64,000 bases of DNA from assembly GCF_006345805.1 (NCBI RefSeq), contig NC_043010.1:2790001-2854000 (forward strand), read 5' to 3'. Positions 39,061 through 52,746 of the stretch are shown here, in pieces. The notes beneath the pieces were generated by a model. The model saw only the letters and a program-made list of their open reading frames with translations, did not search any database and was not told where the DNA came from. The position numbers and the translations under genes are program-made. Positions within the stretch are counted from its first letter, which is position 1. Every line of letters starts with the position of its first letter. This stretch comes from Octopus sinensis. Lineage: Eukaryota.

Positions 39061-39302
39061 AATGTGGCTTCGTCTATGTTGTTATGGATGTGAGAGAAAG
39101 AGAGATGCAGAGAGATGCAGAGAGAGATAGAGGGGGAAATGAAGAAAGGAGCTAAAGAGAGAGAGAGAGAGAGGGGGAATAGAGAGACACAGAGATAGAT
39201 AGCAAGATAGATTGTGTTTCGAATGTGTATATGAGCTTTGCACGTGCATGTGTGAGTTCATTTATCCATCCATCTATCTGTCTATCTGTCTATGTATGTA
39301 TG

Positions 39303-39333
<31 letters not shown>

Positions 39334-40009
39334 CTGTATGTATGTATGTATGTGTGTGTGTGTATGTATATATGTATGTATGTATGTCTGTATGTATGTA
39401 CCTATATATGTGTGTGTGTATGTATATATATATTACATACAAGTATGTGTATACATGTATATATTTTTGTATTTGTGTATGTGTGTATATATATATATAT
39501 GGATGTGTATGAAAGTATATATTGTGAGTTCTATCTATTTAATTTTCTCTCTTGTTGTGCTGTGTGTATATCTGTGCATGCGTACTTGTATTTGTGTGTG
39601 TATATGTATGCGTAGATGTATATTATTTGTATATATATTTGGAGTTTGTTGCAGACAATGACAAGCTCATTTGTGGTTCCAAATAGGAAAGGAAACAGAA
39701 CCCTTCTGTTTTCTTCTGTAAGCTTTAAGACACAACTCTTCAACTCTTCCCCAGCCCCCCACCAACCTCTCTCTCTTTCCCTTTCTCTGTCTCTCTGCAA
39801 CACAGTCTCTCTATCTTCCTCTCTCTTTCTCCCTTCCCCTCTCTCTTTCTCTAAGACTCAACTAATGTAATAGTGTGCATGTAAATAGGAAAAAAAAAAT
39901 TTTATTTTCAGTGGTTTATCAACAGCATCTATAACAAACTCTGTATTATCGATAAAGATAAATAAAATAACATAAAAAAAAATAAGTCCATCCAACAAAC
40001 AATAATAAC

Positions 40010-40052
<43 letters not shown>

Positions 40053-40778
40053 TTCTTTTTTAAAAATAACAACAGCAACAACGTGCAAATGAAAAAGAAA
40101 ATTTTAAACAAATTAACAAGAATAAAGGAAAAAATAAAAAAAATATCGCAATATAAGTTTAAAAAATAAAACGATAAAGAATTTATACAATAAAATACAC
40201 ACACATACACACACTCATACACATGCATGTATGTATGTATATGACGCACAAAAATTCTACATTGTATACATACATGTATCAGAAAAAAATATTAACAAAA
40301 AAATAATGAAATTTGGCCATAGTTGAAATTGTATGTATGTGTATATGTATGTACATATCTGTGTGTTTATGCATTTGTATATGTATATACATACACTCAT
40401 ACTCATATATATATATATATGTATATAAATTTGATATATTTGTGTGTGTACTCAGTGTGATTGTGAGAAAAGCTAAAATAATGAAGTTTGTAGAAAATTA
40501 AGGTGAAATGGTGATAGCAATGGTGATGATGGAGATAATGGTGGCATGGTGATGGTGGTAATAGTGATGATTGTGTGAGTGGTCTTAGTGGTAGGTTTGG
40601 ATGAAGAAAAAAATATAGGGAAAGAAAAGGGAGAGAGGATGGAAGTGGTGAAAAAAATATCTAGGGAGAGCAAGTAAGGAAGAGGTAGGTGAGGGTAGGG
40701 TAGAGGCTATTCAAAAATTCAGAAGGAGTAAAAAGGCATTTCAGAGTAGGGTGGGAGAATGTAGAGGGATATGGGAGG

Positions 40779-40818
<40 letters not shown>

Positions 40819-41051
40819 ATGTGTGTGTGTGTGTGTGTGCATATGTAAGTTGATCTTTCAGATAAGGGATAAGTTTTTTTTTAAAAACATGGAGGAAAAG
40901 TGTTTGAGGGTGGGGTGTATTCTATATATTTTGAGAAGGATGATTTAATGTTTTAAAAAGGCTTGATTTATGCCTTGTTCTTACCATTTTAAATTTCTTT
41001 TAGCCATTATTATTATTATTATCTTCATCATTATCATCATCATCATCATCA

Positions 41052-41104
<53 letters not shown>

Positions 41105-41938
41105 CTTATGTATATTATGTATCACGTTGTTGTTGTTGTTGCTGTTGCTTAAAGTTATAAGATAAAACTGGAATTATAGACACACCGTTTACATTATCGA
41201 ACATACCAGTATTTTTTGAATTTTATTTCATGGTTTTTCTTCTTTTTTAACCCGCCCCCACCACATATTTTGATCAACGAAAAATTTTTAATATCTTTTC
41301 AGCAGAGAAACAACAACAACAAAAAAAAAGGGAAGCAAAATAGCATAAAATAAAAATTATAATAAAAAAAGATATTGGAAAAAGAATTTTTAAGGGAGAA
41401 AGTCGAGAAAATAAAATCACTGAAACTGCCTTTTCTTCCCCCCTTCCCCTCACCACTACCATCTTCTCCACTGCCACCAAAAATTTTCCTACTGAAATAA
41501 AATCGAATGATGTAAAAAAAATAATATAACATTTAAAAAAATGTAAAAATAAAAAAACAAAATACTGGAGAGGGAAAAATTGGAAAGATAAAGAAAGATA
41601 ATGAAAAAGAGAGAGAAAAAGTGAAACATTTTCATTTTTTCTGTATATTTTAATTTTATTATTATTATTATTATCATCATTATTATTATAGTTATATATT
41701 TTTTCTTTCTAGAAGTATGGATTTACATTCTAGAATGAACTAAGGAACAATATTATAAGATAAAGGACTTATTGATTTTTTTTTCCCCCTTCATACTGTA
41801 AAAGATTTCTATCCCCAAATTTTTTCCCTATTTTTCTCTAAAAATAAAATGAAGGGATATTATATATATATATGCATGTGCATGTGTGTGTGTGTAGGGG
41901 GCATAAAGTCTTCTTATCAGATTCACCAGAATATTGCC

Positions 41939-41959
<21 letters not shown>

Positions 41960-41980
<21 letters not shown>

Positions 41981-41987
41981 TATATAT

Positions 41988-42038
<51 letters not shown>

Positions 42039-42084
42039 CATACATGCATACACACACATACATAAATACATGTCCACACATATA

Positions 42085-42123
<39 letters not shown>

Positions 42124-42175
42124 TGTGTATACATACAAGCACACAGACATACATATTTATATATATATATATATA

Positions 42176-42214
<39 letters not shown>

Positions 42215-42529
42215 AAAGCTATGCAGATATATGTGTACACAAACACAAAATGAAGTTCTCTATGACCATCATATGTATGTATGTATATACATGTATGTGT
42301 GTTTGTACATATGTATGTATGAGTGTATGTATGCATGTATGTATGTGTGTATGCATGTACGTATTTATGAAGGTTTGAATGCATAGAAAATGAATGCTTG
42401 CCTACACACAATCACTCACAATGCAGAAACACATGTAGACACACAAATGAAAATCCTTTAAAAAAATTTGGACACACTTATATAACTATATGAACCTCTC
42501 TCTCTCTCTCTCTCTATACATATACATAT

Positions 42530-42562
<33 letters not shown>

Positions 42563-42570
42563 GCATATAT

Positions 42571-42619
<49 letters not shown>

Positions 42620-42665
42620 CATACATGCATACACACACATACATAAATACATGTCCACACATATA

Positions 42666-42706
<41 letters not shown>

Positions 42707-42756
42707 TGTGTATACATACAAGCACACAGACATACATATTTATATATATATATTTG

Positions 42757-42787
<31 letters not shown>

Positions 42788-43097
42788 TGTGGAAAGCTAT
42801 GCAGATATATGTGTACACAAACACAAAATGAAGTTCTCTATGACCATCATATGTATGTATGTATATACATGTATGTGTGTTTGTACATATGTATGTATGA
42901 GTGTATGTATGCATGTATGTATGTGTGTATGCATGTACGTATTTATGAAGGTTTGAATGCATAGAAAATGAATGCTTGCCTACACACAATCACTCACAAT
43001 GCAGAAACACATGTAGACACACAAATGAAAATCCTTTAAAAAAATTTGGACACACTTATATAACTATATGAACCTCTCTCTCTCTCTCTCTCTATAC

Positions 43098-43128
<31 letters not shown>

Positions 43129-43135
43129 TGCATAT
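41960..43135. repeat. Tandem duplication, period 578 bp
   Basis: Unique segments (GGAAAGCTATGCAG..., AAATCCTTTAAAAAAATTTGGAC) recur exactly 578 bp apart. Confidence 0.93.
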
Positions 43136-43571
43136 ATACACACACATGGTTTGTGAGTATATGAGGCACACAAAGATATTAAAAAATGTTTATATCATAC
43201 CAGGATGTATGATTTTAATAAGATTTCAAAGTCAATATTGCTGGCAAATTTGAGAAATTTTTTTTATCAATTTTCATAAAAGTGTGTTTCTATTAAGCTG
43301 ATTGCAAAGAAACAGCAATTAGAAGTGAAATACCTTGTCCATTCCATATTTATTGCCTATATTGGCTGTCAACTTAGAAATTGAAAAACTCAATCATATT
43401 TTGAACTAAAGTAAAATATCAGAAAATATATTTCAAATAAAAAAAAGATATGCAAATTCCTATAAATCACGTATTTATGTGTGTGTGTGTGTGTATTAGT
43501 ATATACATCTGTATATATATTAATCAATGTATGTGTATATATATTGATTATAGATGCACAATTTTTGGCTG

Positions 43572-43604
<33 letters not shown>

Positions 43605-43613
43605 TATACATGT

Positions 43614-43650
<37 letters not shown>

Positions 43651-43684
43651 ATATATATATACATGTACACACACACATATATTC

Positions 43685-43755
<71 letters not shown>

Positions 43756-44368
43756 GGAGGGAGATAGATAGATAGATAGATAGATATGATTACAAATGCA
43801 TAGATTTTGCACATATATATTATATATATATATATATAGACATTGATATGTGTTATGCGTATATATGTGCATACACACACACACACGAACACACATATGC
43901 ATGTATGTGTATATATATATATATGTATGTATATAAAACTACAGAAATGTATTGAAACAGAAGAAAAATACTCCCAACTTTCAGTTACCCATAAGTTCCT
44001 GAGTCTATGTCTTCATTTATTTTCCTTATGATAGTCCTGGAAAAAAATCTCCTATAATTTTAACATACTAAGTTGGAAGATTTGATATTAGACTATGTCA
44101 TCTTCAATCTCTGGGATGTTCACTATGGCAGATATGTTAGTCATTTTCTTATTTCCCTTTGTCTCTCTCCCCTTTTTTTATCTGTCACTCTCTCTCCCTT
44201 CTCTCTCACACATACACACTCTGTTTACATATACATACATACATGTGTGCATGTATATGTATGTATGTATGCATGCATGTACGTATCATGTATGTATGTA
44301 TGCATGTATGTATGTATGTATGTATGTATGTATGTATGCATGTTATGTATGTATATATATATATATAC

Positions 44369-44400
<32 letters not shown>

Positions 44401-45388
44401 AATATATATAAATACACACACACACACACACCACACACACACATATATACTCAGATACATATATGCATGTATAAAGTTATACATCCATGCATTTGTGGAT
44501 GCCTATTTCTCCATTTCTTGTATATGTGTATACATATGCATGCTTGTCAGTATGGATGTGTATGCATATATATACATATGTGTGTATGGGATTACATGTG
44601 CTTGAGTGTATGCTTGTAAATATGTACATATATATATGCGTGCTTGTGTATGTGTGTATACACACACATTCATTCATACACACATACATACATACATACA
44701 TACATACATACATGCATGCATACATTCATTCATACATACATACATACATACATACATTCATTCATACATACATACATACATACATACATTCATTCATACA
44801 TACATACATACATTCATTCATACATGCATACATACACACACATGCACATAGGTTCTGCATTTATTCTCTTTCTATCTACGTTTACTTCACTTTTCAATTT
44901 TCTTCACTTTTCAATTTTCTTCACTTATTCCTGATTTCTCTTCACAACTTTGTTTTACACCCATTTATTTTCTCTGAAAGAACTATTTTTCTTTTATTTC
45001 TTAAATCCATCTGTGTGTGTGTAGACACGTGTGCATATACGTGCATGTGTGTGCATCTGTTTGCTTGAGTCTCCTTCTGCACATCTCATTGTAAATATAT
45101 TGTATGCACGTGTTTGCCTCTCTTTCTTTATGTATATGCATATCTGCATGTATATATGTGTATGCATGTCAGTGTGTATATATGCATATGCATGTCCTAA
45201 TGTTAACTTTCAGTTTCCCTATCAATATTTTAATCCTGCACAGTTTTTTTTACTGATCAATTTTCACAATCTTCACACATTCTATATACCTCACTTGATA
45301 TTCTTATATCTAATACTTATTTATCCCAGCTCTTCCCATTCCTTTTTCTCTATCTGTCTCAAGGGACTCTTTGTATGTATGGGTGTGT

Positions 45389-45431
<43 letters not shown>

Positions 45432-45470
45432 TCTATGTGTTTACATGAATGTCTTTCTCACTTTTTAATA

Positions 45471-45505
<35 letters not shown>

Positions 45506-46559
45506 AGTCAAGAGAAAGAGTCAAAGACAGAGAGAGAGAGAGAGAAAGACATGGAGAGCGTGTGTGCGTATGAATGAGAGAGAGAGTGTTTGCATGTATT
45601 AAAAGCAATGTTAAGCAAAAGAGAACTCGATGTTAATTTGAAGAGTACTATATATTTATTATTAAAGTTGGATATTTTGTCCTTACCTTGCAACTACCTG
45701 AAGCATCATCTATGTGTGAAACTAATAGATGTATTATAATGACAGAAAATCCAGCTATTAATGTACATGTGTACACCTTTATATATAGATGCACACACAT
45801 AAACACATACATGGTTTATCATTTCATGAAATGACAAGGATCCATAGAGCCAATACATAACTCTGGTTTCTAAAGTGTTAACCAGATGCGAGATAAATAT
45901 TCCCCTGGGTGGGATGCTAGTCTATTGTATCTCCATTCACTCTCTCCTCATCTCAAACATCTACCCCTCCATTTTCCAGCCTCTTCCTCACCGAAAATTC
46001 ATTATGTAGTCTTCACAAGTAGGAGTAACGAAGGTATGCAGAATAATGAATTGCTGTGTCCAGAGACATAATTAAAAGCCTACAGCAGATATAATGTATT
46101 TATGGCACCTTAACAAAGCAATTTGATGCCTGATCCACTTAGCTGGTTCATCTTTATGCACACTTAGACACACATGTGCACGCTCTCACATACAAACACA
46201 CGCATACAGACACACTCATGCAAATACACACACATGCACACACTCATACACCCACGCATGCACACATACACACTCACACACACACAAAGCCAGAAATACA
46301 ATACAAACTTCCATTTTCTCGGTTATTTGTTTTTTGCATACAAAAGCATGAAAATGTAGTGTATGCATCGTGTCTGTCATAATTGCTTGTTGGTCAATGG
46401 AATTATTTCATTATAACTAAAGGTTTCATGTAACTGATTTTTATAGTTGCCAGTAAAGTCAAGCACACAAAATCCTTAGGTGCAATCAATTAATTAATTC
46501 TATTAACCAGCATATACCTATGTATGTATACATATATGTATATATGTATGTTTGTATAA

Positions 46560-47005
46560 GTATTCTTTTACTCTTTTACTTGCCATGGTGGGGCACCACC
46601 ACCTTAAAGGGTTTTAGATGAAGAAATCAACCCCAGGACTTCTTCTTTGTAAGCTTAGTACTTGTTCTATCGGTCTCTTTTGCCGAATCGCTAAGTTACG
46701 GAGACATAAACACACCAGCATCAGCGTCAAGTGGTGGCAGAGGGGACATGTAAATATATACATATACAAAGTTTGTTTTAGAAGCATTGAGATGTATTCA
46801 AAGATACAGATAAGGCAATAATTTTATTCTCAAATGCAGGATAATGCTAATAATATACTAACTGTGAGTTCCAGTCCCATGGCTGGCTGCCAACATATGT
46901 TTCTACAAAATATGGATGGCTTATCCTGTTCATACTATATTATTAGCATTATTCTGTGTTTGACAATAAAATTATTGCTTTATCTATATCTATATACATA
47001 TATAT

Positions 47006-47051
<46 letters not shown>

Positions 47052-47166
47052 TTTTTCCGATGGCCGGATAACTGAAGAGATGGTGGCGTGGATTTCCACC
47101 TCAGCATCTGAAACTCGGAGTTTTTATCTTGGCTACCGAATAATTGTCACATATTATATTTACAGA

Positions 47167-47214
<48 letters not shown>

Positions 47215-47530
47215 AATATATATATTAATTAGTAGAAAGCGTAGAATTAGTAGAATATTTTTGTGAGTTATTTATATTTTGGTTTAATTTTTTTTTGAGT
47301 GTGTTTTGTTTAATAAAAATTTTGATAGAATTTTTTATCTTTTACTTGTTTCAGCCATTGGGTCTTGGCCATGCTTCAGTACTTCAATGAAAATGATCAA
47401 CCTCAGTGTTTATTTTGTTAAGCTTGGTACTCTTTCTATCAGGCTATTTTCTAAAGAGCTTGATAGGACATGAACAAACCTACAGCAGCTGTTAAATGTG
47501 TCTGTTAAACACAGACACAAATACGCCCCC
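46560..47530 (-). mobile_element. Two degraded 3' halves of family A (46560-46760 and 47340-47530)
   Basis: CTTAGTACTTGTTCTATCGGTCTCTTTTGCCGAATCGCTAAG and related motifs. Confidence 0.7.
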
Positions 47531-47787
47531 CCCCACATACACACACACATACATACATAAGAAAATGAGATGATGAAGGAATAAATTATTATCTTATGTA
47601 CTTCATTAGCTTACAGTTGTTTCTGCTATAGGATACAGTGGGCTGATATAGGATGCAGTTGAGCACCAATTTTTTCCCAAATAAATTGCACTTCATATTT
47701 GAGACTCCCATGAAGCTATAAGGTGTTAACTCAGGTATTCAACTATGATTCCACTGCATTTTATATCACAAATATCTGTAAGCTGTA

Positions 47788-48187
47788 GGCATAGGAGTGG
47801 CTGTGTGGTAAGTAGCTTGCTTACCAACCACATGGTTCTGGGTTCAGTCCCACTGCGTGTCACCTTGGGCAAGTGTCTTCTACTATAGCCTCGAGCCGAC
47901 CAAAAACTTGTGAGTGAATTTGGAAGATGGAAACTGAAAGAAGCTCGTCGTATATTTGTATATATGTATATGTGTGAGTGTTGGTGTTTGTCCCCCAACA
48001 TCATTTGACAATCGATGCTAGTGTGTTTACGTCCCTGTAACTTAGCGGTTCGGCAAAAGAGACTGATAGAATAAGTACTAGGCTTACAAAGAATTTATCC
48101 TGAGTTCGATTTTCTCGACTAAAGGCAGTGCTCCAGTATGGCCACAGTCAAATGACTGAATCAAGTAAAAGAGTAAAAGAGTAAGAG
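47788..48187 (+). mobile_element. SINE family A, full length
   Basis: GGCATAGGAGTGGCTGTGTGGTAAG head; tail ends in (AAAAGAGT)n repeats. Confidence 0.9.
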
Positions 48188-49044
48188 GGAAAGCTAATGA
48201 AGTTCATAAGCTAATTGTACTTGATTAACACTTCATTCTGAGGCATATGTATATTGGGTTCAATAGCAGGTTATTAGTCTTGCAATACCCAAGCGAAATA
48301 CTAAAACACACACACACACACACATATATGATTCAGTACTTCAATCAAATATACACACATGCTAATTTATTCAATAATTTGTATGCCTTTGATTCATAAA
48401 ATATAATCTATGTTATAAAGCAAGACAAATAATATTGTACTCAGAATATAACTACAAAATAAATGAACTAAATATTGCAACAATTCAAAACTGAAGTGCA
48501 AATTAGCGAATTGTCACTTCAATTTGCCCATGATGCGAAATGAGCTGTCTGTAATAAAAAGAATCAGTCCATCACTATGAGTTGATGTATACCTACATCA
48601 CCTGTATACCTACATCACCTGGTAGAGTCCATGATGTGCTTTTTTTTTTTTCTCCAGTTGAATCAATGTAAGCTTGGATAATTAACATCACATGATGAAA
48701 TAGTGTCCATGGATTGGATGACATTAAACAATGTTTTGCGTCGAGACAACTGGGGTTGTCTCATATATATATATATATATATACATATATATATACATGC
48801 TTCAGTACTTTAATCAAATATAAACATATGTTGATTTATTCAGTAATTTGTATGCATTTGATCCATGAAATATATTCTATGTATGGTTTGCATATTTTAA
48901 AAGTGTTTGAGATCAGGTGAATTTGTTGCTTCAAGTACCTTCTTTTGTCCTGCATTCAATACAAAACATCTAAAAAGAAAAGCTCTTCCCCATATGTCCT
49001 CCTCCTCCTTGTGATCGTCATCATTGCTGTCATTGCTAGCATCA

Positions 49045-49370
49045 CTAATGTCTTCTGAGTGAATTTGGTAGGTGGAAACTGTGTGGAAGCCTACTGTATA
49101 TGTACATATAACATGTGTGCATTTGTGCGTGTATATGTATATATACATATGTGTGTGTGTTTGTCCTCCTCCACAACTGGACAACCAGTGCTGGCTTGTT
49201 TACATCCCTGTAACTTAGTGGTTTGGCAAAGAGACTGATAGAATAAGTACCAAACTTTACAAAAAAATGAGTACTAGGGTCAACTTGCTTGACTAAACCT
49301 TTCAAGGCAATGCCCCAGCATGGCCACACTCCAGTGACTGAAGCAAGTAAAAAAATAAAGAAAACAAGAT
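49045..49370 (+). mobile_element. SINE family A, 5'-truncated
   Basis: GAGTGAATTTGGTAGGTGGAAACTG...GGCAATGCCCCAGCATGGCCAC. Confidence 0.8.
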
Positions 49371-49411
49371 ATGCATGTGTGTGTGTGCATGCATTTACAT
49401 TATATTTATTT

Positions 49412-49772
49412 GATACATTGATTGATTGATTGATTCTAGTTTCAGCTCATGAGCTGTGGCCATGCTGGGGCACCGCCATTTGGTGTTGCTACTTGGTTTT
49501 ACTTCACGAAAGCTTTTTAGCAACTGCCATTTGGTGCATGAGAGAGTTCGATGCAGCTGCCCTCATCTGCACCTCCTGCCGTGAAGTTGGTTCATCTGGG
49601 ACACCTGACAGGAAGAGATCCAGTTCCATTTTAAAGACATCTGCATCCACCCCATGCAGGTCTCTCAGGTTCTTCGGGAGGATATTGAAGAGCTGTGGGC
49701 CACGGAAGCTCAGGCTATCACAGTATCTTGTCCTACATCTTGATGGCAAATTTGGAGTCCTAGGCATGTTTG
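49412..49772 (-). mobile_element. 5'-truncated non-LTR retrotransposon 3' end (L2/CR1-like ORF2 C-terminus plus 3' UTR)
   Basis: Open frame SLSFRGPQLFNILPKNLRDL...FKMELDLFLSGVPDEP...AASNSL resembles LINE ORF2 termini. Stem-loop tail followed by (ATCA)n. 11-bp direct repeat TATATTTATTT at 49401-49411 and 49773-49783 (TSD). Clade assignment is from memory of such motifs. Confidence 0.8.
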
Positions 49773-49779
49773 TATATTT

Positions 49780-50009
49780 ATTTCTTTATTGCCCACAAGG
49801 GGGCTAAACATAGAGGGAACAAACGAGGACAGACAAGGGATTAAGTCGATTGCATTGACCCCAGTATGCAACTGGTACTTTATTTATCGACCCCAAAATG
49901 ATGAAAGGCAAAGTCGACCTTGGCGGAATTTGAACTCAGAACGTAGCGGCAGACAAAATACTGCTAAGCATTTTGCCCAGCATGCAAACGATTCTACCAG
50001 CTCACAGCC
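49780..50009 (-). mobile_element. SINE family B, full length
   Basis: Same structure as 4546-4782; the LINE fragment sits at its tail end. Confidence 0.9.
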
Positions 50010-50319
50010 CTATTTACAGCAATAATATACATGTTTGTATATTATTGCTGCATTCTTGTAGTTTGGTTTTTAACTGACTGGATGTTGTCATGCTGGAGTA
50101 GAATTTCAAATTTAAATTTACAAAATCACTCATTATGTGAAATAATTAATTGCCTGGAACATAAAGAATTTACAAAAATGTTAAGTACATTTCTGAACTT
50201 TACAAGAGCACTTTATGATAGCATCTAGATACATCTTTTAGTCTTCACTTTGCAGCGAATGAACACACAGCCCCTTAGTTTGGAAAAGTACTGTAAGACG
50301 AAGGAAGATCAGTATGGGT

Positions 50320-50357
<38 letters not shown>

Positions 50358-50386
50358 GTGTGTATGCATCAAATAACTGAGAGAAT

Positions 50387-50421
<35 letters not shown>

Positions 50422-51155
50422 TGGTAGTAAGGAATAGGTGCGGAGAAGGAGAGTGATACACTGTACCTCAGAACAATTTTGATTACTTGTCCATTTTCTA
50501 AACAAGCAAGACTTTCTTCCATGTTTTTTTTTGTTTTATTTTTTTTTAACGACATACATAATTAATTTTCAAAAATCTTAGCAGTCATGTTTTAAAATAG
50601 CGTGCAGTTTATCTGCATGAGAATCATTAATTAATAATTATGTTGTTTATGTTATTAATTATATTGAATATTGTGGACTTAAGAAATAATTTCAGATATG
50701 AAAATTATTGTAAATGATTTAATTAAATGGTAAAAATTATAAACTGCAGTAGACTTTAAAGAGTTTGGATTTAAATTTCAGAACATCTTAAAATTCACAG
50801 ACCAGCGTTTAGAAGTAATTATGGTATAAAATCTCTACATGTACGTTCATCTACTTTTATGTACACACATGTAATATATGCATATATATTTTTACGCACA
50901 CCTGGATACATGACTACATATATCTATATATGTATGCATGTGTTTGTGATTGTGTGTGTGTGTGTATATATATATATACATACACACACATACTCACACA
51001 CATGTAATTTGACATTCATACACACACTTTAAGTCTTTATTTTTGCTTTCCTTATACTGTATTATATTGACGTTCTCTTGATCTTTCTTTCTCTTTTCCT
51101 TTGCCTTTCCCTCTCTTTCTTTGTATCTGTCTAACTATCTATCAGTCTCTCCCTC

Positions 51156-51187
<32 letters not shown>

Positions 51188-51282
51188 ATTTCTCTCTCTC
51201 TTTCTCTCTCTCTCTATATATATAATCTTTCTTAGGTTTACTCATATATCTATTTATCTCTTCTTATCTTTCACTCACCATA

Positions 51283-51320
<38 letters not shown>

Positions 51321-52084
51321 ATATATTTCTTCCCCTCTTCCTCTTCTATTCCCTTTCATTCTGTTCCAAGGAGTTGCCATCCCTCTCTCAACCCCCTTCT
51401 CTCAAGATGCCTATACCACCTAATCTCCACCTAATCATCACAGACTACGTTTCTCAATACGAAAGTGCTAATAAGTTCAGAGCCAGTGTTGTGTATCTAT
51501 AGAATGCAGGCATAGTTGGTTGGTTAAGAAGTGCACTTTTCAGCCATGTGGTCCCTAGCTCAATTCCACTATGTGGCATCTTGAGTATCTTTTACTACAG
51601 CCTTGGACTGACCAAAGCAAAGGACTGTTAAGTCCAAAAATTGAAAAGTTGTAAGAGGTTTAATACCTCGTTTTGCGTTTGGTTTTAAAGGACAATGTTT
51701 TAGAGAAGCAAAAGTCGGGGGGCACTTTTTGTCTTCTCCCATCCTTATCATCTTTGTTTCATTATCATTCATTTCATTAATGTCCTTGTCCAGCCTGCAA
51801 AGCTACTTTACTCTATGTACTGCCTTTGTGGCAAATATAATGAAATAAAGACGGTGATGAGCTGGCAGAGTCATTAGCACACTAGAAACAATGCTTAGTG
51901 GCCTGTTCTACCAAGGTCAACTTTACCTTTCATTCCTCTGTGATCCATAAAATAAGAGTACCACCAAGTACTGAGGCTGATGTAATCAACTTGCCCTCTC
52001 CCTAAAAATTGCTGACTGTGAACCCTACAATGGATTGGCATCCTGTCCTGGGGGAATGTTGTGATTGGTCTCAGTTGCTTACAA

Positions 52085-52490
52085 GGTGCAGGAGTGGCTG
52101 TGTGGTAAGTAGCTTGTTTACCAACCACATGGTTTTGGGTTCAGTCCCACAGCGTGGCACCTTGGGCAAGTATCTTCTGCTATAGCCCCGGGCCGACCAA
52201 TGCCTTGTGAGTGGATTTGGTAAACGGAAGCTGAAAGAAGCACGTCGTATATATGTATATATATATATGTATGTGTGTGTATGTTTGCGTGTCTGTGTTT
52301 GTCCCCCTAGCATTGCTTGACAACCGATGCTGGTGTGTTTATGTCCCCGTCACTTAGCGGTTCGGCAAAAGAGACTGATAGAATAAGTACTGGGCTTACA
52401 AAGAATAAGTCTTGGGGTCGAGTTGCTTGATTAAAGGCGGTGCTCCTGCATGGCCACAGTCAAAATGACTGAAACAAGTAAAAAGAGAGA
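52085..52490 (+). mobile_element. SINE family A, full length
   Basis: GGTGCAGGAGTGGCTGTGTGG head through GACTGAAACAAGTAAAAAGAG tail. Confidence 0.92.
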
Positions 52491-52746
52491 AAAAAAGAGA
52501 AGTCATGGAAACCCAAAAGCCATCCTTATGAAAGGATTAACAATAAGACAAGTATGTGTGTGCATACCATACAGTGTATAAGCTATACATCTCTCTCCCT
52601 CTCTCTCATATATGTATTCAGTCTGGGGAATGGTGATAATTAGCAATTAGAATATGTATATGCACTACATGCAGGGTACATATTCAGTGTGGTGGTCATA
52701 CAGTGAAAATATATGTAACCACATATGCATGTGTATATATATATAT

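Noticed and set aside
48333-48880. Diverged ~80-bp direct repeat at a 469-bp period
   Set aside because: Real, but it looks like an old local duplication with no structure suggesting function.
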